From a virus (taxonomy: Duplodnaviria; Caudoviricetes): 64,000 bases of DNA. The position numbers and the translations under genes are program-made. Location: positions 10,352 to 74,351 of the IMG/VR virus record IMGVR_UViG_3300030846_000100. One strand, written 5' to 3'. Below the pieces are notes generated by a model. The model did no database searches, was not told where the DNA came from, and saw nothing but the letters and a program-made list of their open reading frames with translations. Below, piece after piece: positions 57,391 to 64,000 of the stretch; within the stretch, counting starts at the first letter, position 1; each line of letters opens with the position of its first letter.

Positions 57391-59710
57391 ATGTCTAAGA
57401 AAGATATTGACGACCCGTCTGTGAGAATTCCACGCAAATTTGCTGGACTTCATTCTCACGACGGGTCGTCCTAGTGCTGCCTTTGATGGGCTTGGTTCAC
57501 CCTCAGACCACATTGCATGGTGTAAGGAGAATGGTTTAGATGCTTGGGCCGCAACTAATCATGGGCAAATGAATTCGTATGCGAACGCCGCATTGTACGT
57601 TGAAAAGCTCAACAAGGGTGGCGATAATTTCAAATTTATTCCTGGCTGCGAGCTCTACATCCATCCCGATCTCGAACAATGGAAGAAGGATTACGAGCTC
57701 GACAAGACAACGAAAGCTGATGAAAAGGAGAAAAAGAAACAAGCGAAGAAGGAGCTTGAAAAGATCAAGACATTGATCGATGTTGAGCAAGATCCGAATG
57801 GAGAAGTCATTGAAATGACGAACTCTCTGACGATTGAGAACGAGGATGAGAGCAAAGGTTCAACGAAGTTCTTTAAACCAGTTAATAGACGTCACCATCT
57901 CGTTGTCCTTCCAAAGAACTCAAACGGTCTTCTCGATCTTTTCAAGCTCGTATCGGTTGGATACTTGGATGGCTTTTACAGATTCCCTCGAATCGATTTC
58001 AAGGCTTTGAAGGAGGCTGGAAAGAAAGGAAATCTGATAGCAAGTTCAGCCTGCTTGGCGGGTCCGATGTCATGGGAGACACTGAGAGTATGTCAAGAAG
58101 TCGAATTTGACAAACTTAATGCGACGATTTTGAACGATGCAACGCTGCTTGATCGTGCTGTGAAAAACGTCGGTCTGATTCATGAACGTCTCATCGATTG
58201 TTTGGGGGAAGAGAATGCATTCTTGGAGATCCAGTTCAATCGATTGGGCGCACAGGATCTAGTGAATCGTGCTATCATCGAGTACGCAAGACGAAGCAAT
58301 TTTACGAAGCAATTGATCGTAACATGTGACAGTCACTATCCTCGTCCCGAAAGTTGGCTTATTCGCGAAGTGTACAAAAAATTGGGATGGATGAAGTATC
58401 AAGACTTCACGCCCGATATGCTTCCAAAGTCTCGCGAAGAGCTGAAATGTGAATTGTACCCGAAGAACGCGACCCAAGTTTGGGAGGAGTACCAAAATTC
58501 TAAAGTTCGTGAAGGTAACGAGTTCTACGATGATACCGAGATCTTTGATGCAATCGAGAGGACGCATGATATCGCTCATAACGTGATCGGTGATGTGAAG
58601 CTCGATAAGACCCCCAGGTATCCCACGAAGATCGTCCCCGTGGATACGACGGCATTCAAGATGTTGACAAAGTTGACGATTGAAGGCCTTCGACAAAAAA
58701 AGCTCGACAAGAACAAAGAATATGTAGATCGTCTCAAATTCGAACTCGGTGTTATCAAGCAAATGGATAATGCGGCATACTTCGTCACGTTGTCGAAGAT
58801 GCTGAGCCTTGCTCGAGATGTGGTACTTCTCGGTGTTGCGAGAGGTTCATGCGGTGGCAGTTTGGTTTGTTACCTTTGTTCTATCACGGATCTCGATCCC
58901 ATCAAGTATAAGTGTCGTTTTGATCGCTTTATGAATCCTCACCGCGTGGGCCTTCCGGATGCTGATATCGATGTTTCAGATCGTGATAAAGTTCTAGATG
59001 TTTTTCGAAAGGAATTTGGATTCAACAACGTTTTGCCAATTTCGAACGTGAACGTTTTCAAGATCAAATCACTTTTGAAAGATCTTTCCAAATTCAATGG
59101 TGTTCCATTCGATGAAGCGAATGAAGCGACGCGAACTGTTGAACAGGAGGTTAGAAAGGCGACGCATGAAGCTGGAGCCGACAAGAATCTCTTTGTTTTG
59201 ACGTACGATGATGCGATGAAACACAGTCCTTCTTTTTTGGCATTCATTGAAAAATATCCCGCGGTTGGTGAACACATGAAAAGCCTCTTCAAGGAACAAA
59301 AATCGCTTGGAAGGCACGCGGGTGGTGTGATCATTTTAGATGATGCGGCTTCACAGATTCCAATCATAACGTCGAAAGGAGAACCTCAAATGCCTTTCGG
59401 GGAGGGGGTGGCACAGAAAACCTGCGAACCATTAGGTTACATTAAGTACGACATTCTAGGTTTGGAAACTATGAGATTGATCGAACGAACGATATCTCTT
59501 ATCATCTCACAAAAACTTGGAAAATTGATCCAACTCGAGTTCGATGATGACAATAAAATTGAACTTTACGAAAATGAAGAGGTAAAATTAACAACGGGTG
59601 AATTCATTCGAGCAAAAGATCTCAATGAGAATCACGATGTCATGATACCTTTCGTAAAAAATGGAACGTCCTTACCTTCAACAGAGAACAAAGTACTGGT
59701 TTCACACTAA
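57391..59710 (+). CDS. dnaE: DNA polymerase III alpha (DnaE), N-terminal half only, with a frameshift near the 5' end
   Basis: PHP motifs (LHSHDGS, TNHG, GCELY, CDSHY), RGSCGGSL, DLDPIKY, PDADID, GRHAGG and KYDILGL. The 57391 frame stops at TAG 57472 and continues in the +1 frame. The C-terminal half is absent. Confidence 0.88.
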
Positions 59711-61484
59711 ATGTGGAAACTTTCGTCTCACTCAAGAAGGTATAGATTTCTTTAGTGAGTTGCCTAAACTCACTGGTCCACATCCCATACCATCTAGTTG
59801 TCCGATTTGTGGAGCAATTCCTCGACAAGGGAAGAATCCTCTTTTAGCTTTGTCGATACATTTTGCCCGCTTGCATTCTACGGATAAAAGTCAACTAACA
59901 ATTGCTTCACATTTCAACGGGATCAAACCTGTTTGCAAAGTATGTTCGGCGGACGTGATTCATCGTGGTGTGACACATGGATTTAAGATCTTGTGTGAAC
60001 AATGCGATGATCTTCGTGTCGTTGCAAACACAGCCAAGAAACGAAAATTGAAACACGAAGTTGCGTGGAACAAAGGTCTCACTCAAGAAACTTCTGATTC
60101 CGTCAAGCGAGGAACGATCAATTGTTCAAAAACGTTGACAAAATTCGGAGCGTGGAGCAAAGACCTTTCTCTTAAAAAGAATCCTGACAATGAAAGTCTT
60201 CAAAAACTTTCTAAGAATACATCAATCGGATTGAAAAAATTCTATGAAACGAACGAATCATGGTGCACGGGTCTCACGAAGGAAAATAGTGAGATCATTC
60301 GTAATCGTGGTCAAAAAATTCATGAAGCATTCGTACGAATCCCCTTAAAAGAACGATTCAGTGAAAATGGTCGTCGTAATCTGCAAAGTAGCATGCGCCG
60401 TGTTCAATTGCTTCAAGCGGAAAAACAAAAAATTCCAATTGAGACGATCATTGAACGAATCAATTCAATCAATCATAATTGGACACCTTGTTTTTCGATT
60501 GACACAAAAACATTCAAACCAATCTGGTCAATTTGGGCCGGAGAACTTCGAGAATATCAATGTGTCCATTGCAAACAAGTCTACAAAAACGGCTCGAATG
60601 TTTTCATTGGCTGGGATGGTGAAGGAAAGAAATGTCCGTGTCAAAAAACCGGAAATTCAAGGGCTGAATTCGAAATCGAAGATTTTTTGAAATTACATGA
60701 ATTGAACGTAAGTAGAAATAATCGATCGGTGATCTCTCCTTGGGAACTAGATTTCATCATTCCCGAAAAGAAGTTAGCCGTCGAATTCAATGGATTGTAT
60801 TTTCACAGCGAGATAAAGAAAGCGAATACGATCTGGTATCATGAAAATAAACGCAATATGTGCGTCAAAAACGATTATTCGTTGTTTCACATTTATGAAG
60901 ATGAATGGAATAATAAACGCGACATTGTCAAATCAATGATCCTTCAAAAACTTGGTCATGTTCAACGAAAACTTCACGCTCGTAAATGTGAAATTTTTGA
61001 ATATCAAGAACCTGGTGAACTTCGATCATGGTTTGATACGAATCATATTGATGGTTACGTGAATTCGGAATACGCTTTCGTGTTGAAGGAAAATGATGAA
61101 ATTGTATTCGCTGTTCTACTTCGTAAACCATTTCATCAAAGAACTTACGGTGACAAAACGATTGAAATTGCACGATTTGCATCAATACTGAATTCGAACG
61201 TTCGAGGCGCGTTCATGAAATTAATGAATCAAATCAAGCTTTGGTGTTTCAAGAATGGTTTTGGTAGAATTCTTTCGTATCATGATAACCGATTCGGTGG
61301 CTCGGGTGATTGTTATAAACGTGCAGGGATGACATTGCTTCGTACAAGTGGTATTTCATGGTGGTGGACAAATTATCGTGAACGTGTGAATCGTTTTGAA
61401 TTCAAAAATAAACAATCTGCCGCGAATGAAGGTTACTATAAAATTGGGGGATGTTCGAACGAAGTGTACGTGCTTGATTTGTGA
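59661..61484 (+). mobile_element. Large putative homing endonuclease (zinc fingers, WNKGL repeats, PD-(D/E)XK domain, C-terminal GNAT/Mom-like domain)
   Basis: CPICG..H...H, WNKGLT, S.AE.EI, ELDFIIPEKKLAVEFNGLYFH, ARKC, NHIDG and EIARF. Confidence 0.75.
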
Positions 61485-61554
61485 AATCAAAGAAACGATG
61501 CTAGAAAAGTATCGACGAGATGTACGTTATCGACAATTTTAATACGGTAATGGT

Positions 61555-61860
61555 ATGACACATTATGTTTATACGTCAAAAAAACCACATGGATACATTG
61601 AGGGTGTAGGTGGTGTCGTAAATGGAAACGTGTTTTATCAAACGGTCGATGAGGTTTTAGATAATCTTGATCGAGGTGAACGATATTACGTTTCAACACG
61701 TATCGGAGAACCGTTGGTTGAAATTCACCCAATGCAAAACGGGCCATTAACGGAAGTTCATCAAAAACAATTGGGAAGGATTCATCCCGAACGTTCAATT
61801 CGAAGTGACGCTGATATAACATCACATAACAATCTTGACAATCTTCCAGAATGTCCTTGA
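61555..61860 (+). CDS. DUF3892-like protein
   Basis: C-terminal RSDAD.T..NNLDNLPEC motif. Confidence 0.7.
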   Translation: MTHYVYTSKKPHGYIEGVGGVVNGNVFYQTVDEVLDNLDRGERYYVSTRIGEPLVEIHPMQNGPLTEVHQKQLGRIHPERSIRSDADITSHNNLDNLPECP

Positions 61861-62324
61861 TCATGACAGACATCTCTGAATACGAGTCAACGTACGCTTC
61901 GTCATTTCCTCAACTTCCTACGATGCGAAAGCTTTGGCATTCGGATTACTGGGACGGCCCAATTAACGGGTTGTGCATAGTGAACGATGAAAAGTGTTGG
62001 TACGAGATGATTGAAGAGAATTCTGATAGTGGTCATGACGTTCCCGATGAACCATTACCTTGGTACCGTCGATACCTCGTCTGGAAATTGACTGATGAAC
62101 AACTTAATTACGTTGAAGTTCGTCATGAGAAGTTTCGCAGAATGGTAGGAACTCACAGTGATTACGTTTATGACGAGAATGATGCCTGTTCAAGAGGAAA
62201 GTACCAGCCCAACGGTGAATTAACGAGCCAATACTACGAGGAGGCAAGGATCGAAGCTGATCTTGAAAAGCCATTGAACATCTCGCCTGCAGTTGAACGT
62301 ATCATCGGATGGCATGAAACGTGA
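61851..62324 (+). CDS. Hypothetical protein
   Basis: HSDYWDGP..GLC..N.EKCWY; overlap-coupled. Confidence 0.65.
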   Translation: MSLIMTDISEYESTYASSFPQLPTMRKLWHSDYWDGPINGLCIVNDEKCWYEMIEENSDSGHDVPDEPLPWYRRYLVWKLTDEQLNYVEVRHEKFRRMVGTHSDYVYDENDACSRGKYQPNGELTSQYYEEARIEADLEKPLNISPAVERIIGWHET

Positions 62325-62336
62325 TAATTACGAATC

Positions 62337-62465
62337 ATGAAGATCACCCTAAAACAATTGAAAGATATCATAAAGGAAACAATGGAACGAAACAATTACA
62401 AGCCAAATGATCTTTACTGGTTCTCGTTTCCCGATACACCCGAAGAATTGTCGATTTGTCGATAA
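62337..62465 (+). CDS. 42-aa ORF consisting largely of the N-terminal tag (not in the ORF track)
   Basis: MKITLKQLKDIIKETMERN...; TAATTA at 62325, 6 nt upstream. Confidence 0.55.
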   Translation: MKITLKQLKDIIKETMERNNYKPNDLYWFSFPDTPEELSICR

Positions 62466-62501
62466 GATGATTTTTTAGTGTCGTAAAATTTTCAGGAGAT
62501 T

Positions 62502-62915
62502 ATGAATAGATTTTTGCTGCCTGTTTTATTGATTTCGTTTGCTTGTTCAAGCGAACATGAACAATTATTTTGTTCACCTGACGACGGAACGTACGTCGTA
62601 AAATTCACCGAAGTTTCGGGTGACTGTAACATGAAATTGAATGGTGACATTGTCGATGAACGATTCACGATTGATGGAAAAAATTTAATTAATCCGATGT
62701 CGTCTGAAAACTGTGTGAATGATCTTCACCTCGAAGGTTGTGTAATTGTGGGTGATGTCATTTGTGACATTATGGCTCGTAATGGAACGAACATTCACGT
62801 TGAATCGAACATTGATTTCGATACCCGGGGAGAAGGAACTCAAGAATCAAGCGTTGAATTCGATTCAGAACCTTTTTGTTCATCGAAGTACTCTACAATC
62901 ATTATTCAAGAGTGA
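62502..62915 (+). CDS. Cys-rich lipoprotein
   Basis: MNRFLLPVLLISFAC lipobox and spaced cysteines. Confidence 0.7.
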   Translation: MNRFLLPVLLISFACSSEHEQLFCSPDDGTYVVKFTEVSGDCNMKLNGDIVDERFTIDGKNLINPMSSENCVNDLHLEGCVIVGDVICDIMARNGTNIHVESNIDFDTRGEGTQESSVEFDSEPFCSSKYSTIIIQE

Positions 62916-62950
62916 TGTGTTCTCAACATGATTTCATGTTATGATTGAAC
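62916..62950 (+). promoter_or_regulatory. Early-type promoter
   Basis: TGTGTTCTCAACATGATTTCATGTTATGATTGAAC followed by ATG. Confidence 0.6.
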
Positions 62951-63968
62951 ATGACAGATTTTCACGTGGATATCGTTCGTCTAGGAAAGATTGAAAATCA
63001 TCCCAACGCTGATCTTCTCGAGATCACGAATGTGCACGGCGGTTATCCGTGTATCCTGAAAAAGGGTTCCTTTAAGGAAGGGGATCTCGCAGTTTACATC
63101 CCGATAGACACGACGCTACCCGACGTTCCAGAATTCTCGTTCCTTTCGAGCGGGGATCGTCGCAGGTTGAAAGCAAAGAAGCTTCGCGGAATTTTTTCCA
63201 TGGGTCTTGTCATTCCCGTCCCAACCACGCTGGGGTCTCTCGAAGAGGGAACCGACGTCGCTGAGTTGCTCAATATCAAGAAGTTCGATCCAGTTATTGC
63301 CCACCCAAAGGTCACTGGTGGTGACTGTGAAGCCGATCCAGAAGGATGGACGTTTCAGAAGTACACTGACATCGAACCGCTTCGGCGTAACGGAAACGTT
63401 CTCGTTGATGATGAGGAGGTGATCCTCACTGAGAAGGTTCATGGATCGAATTATCGAGTTGTTCATGATGGTACACGTCTTTGGGTTGGATCGCGTACGC
63501 AAATCAAGAAACGACCCGATGTGATCAACGAACAAACACCCGTCTGGTGGAGAATCGCTGATCGTTACGATCTTGAGACAAAGCTCGCATCGTATCCGAA
63601 GTTGATCTTTTTTTGGCGAGGTATACGGTCCGGGAGTTCAAGACTTGAAGTACTCGTGCAATGATCAATCACTGCGTATCTTTGATGTCTTAGACGTTTC
63701 AACGGGTAGATACCTCGATTATGATTCCGCAAAAGCGATCGCTGATGATCTGAAGCTCGAATGGGTTCCAATCTTGTACCGAGGATCTTGGAAACGTGAT
63801 GAATTGCTTTCTCTTTGTGAAGGAAAGACGACGATTGGTAAAGGCGATCATTGCCGTGAGGGGTTCGTTGTTCGCCCAACAACCGAACGTTGGGATCGTC
63901 GAGTAGGTCGTGTGGTTCTCAAGATGGTGGGTTCAGATTACCTTTTGAGAAAGTCTGACAAGTCATGA
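62951..63968 (+). CDS. RNA ligase (Rnl2 / DRB0094-like, N-terminal OB-type domain), split by a +1 base in a T7 run
   Basis: HPNAD.L, KLRGIFSMG, TEKVHGSN (adenylation lysine), restored FGEVYG, REGFVVRP and VLKMV. Confidence 0.85.
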
Positions 63969-64000
63969 ACGGTCGATTCAAGGATCTCTTTGAAAAAAAA

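Noticed and set aside
59500-59710. Functional canonical intein in DnaE
   Set aside because: No N-terminal Cys/Ser block A, no TxxH and no terminal HN; kept only as a possible remnant.
1-64000. CRISPR array or cas genes
   Set aside because: No regularly spaced direct repeats with unique spacers were seen. The recurring motifs are promoters or two-copy duplications.
1-64000. Genome-wide TAG reassignment (alternative genetic code)
   Set aside because: Long core genes are intact in the standard code, and TAG ends genes at expected positions (23741, 52316). The amber at 57472 also needs a frameshift, so recoding would not fix it.
1-64000. Bacterial chromosome or eukaryotic giant virus origin
   Set aside because: gp32-like SSB, gp26-like chaperone, tape measure, baseplate genes, DnaE, Dam and CCA-encoded tRNAs indicate a bacterial tailed phage. 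No ribosomal, NCLDV-core or integrase genes were seen.

Overview
The window is a gene-dense segment of a large T4-like-architecture tailed phage (jumbo/large myovirus). The host is probably a myxobacterium, inferred only from Cys-rich DAG-linker lipoproteins. Genes run almost entirely on the minus strand up to about 49.1 kb and mostly on the plus strand afterwards. Minus arm: nucleotide metabolism (PNK/phosphatase, 5'-nucleotidase, all-alpha NTP pyrophosphatase, dam, tmk, nrdAB, dut), replication and recombination (DnaB-type helicase, 5'-3' exonuclease, RecA/UvsX, gp32-like SSB, a truncated PolA-like protein), tRNA-Pro and an atypical tRNA-Tyr, and a contractile-tail/baseplate block (hub, LysM/X, tube-like protein, tape measure, gp26-like chaperone with a likely programmed frameshift). 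Plus arm: small early genes, a macro domain, a SpoT-like HD hydrolase, the N-terminal half of a split DnaE and an RNA ligase. At least six free-standing homing endonucleases sit next to core genes. The most notable unexplained pattern is a shared amphipathic L-R-x-F-I-x-x-L/I-x-E tag on about 13 otherwise unrelated ORFs, including 4 minimal protein kinases, 4 GNAT acetyltransferases and a Nudix hydrolase. Many of these lie in the virion operon and several are preceded by a TAnTTA late-promoter-like motif. I interpret this as a candidate capsid-targeted, protease-matured injected enzyme arsenal. Other signals: about 10 extended -10 promoters placed 5-6 nt before ATG (leaderless early mRNAs), a hairpin-rich non-coding stretch at 46.4-47.2 kb, TGTNACA boxes and a compositionally alien 150-bp element near the strand switch, a large family of small PG(D/T) paralogs, and several frameshifts (DnaE, RNA ligase, a GNAT, an endonuclease) that need read-level checking. 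All family assignments are by motif recognition; no database search was run.
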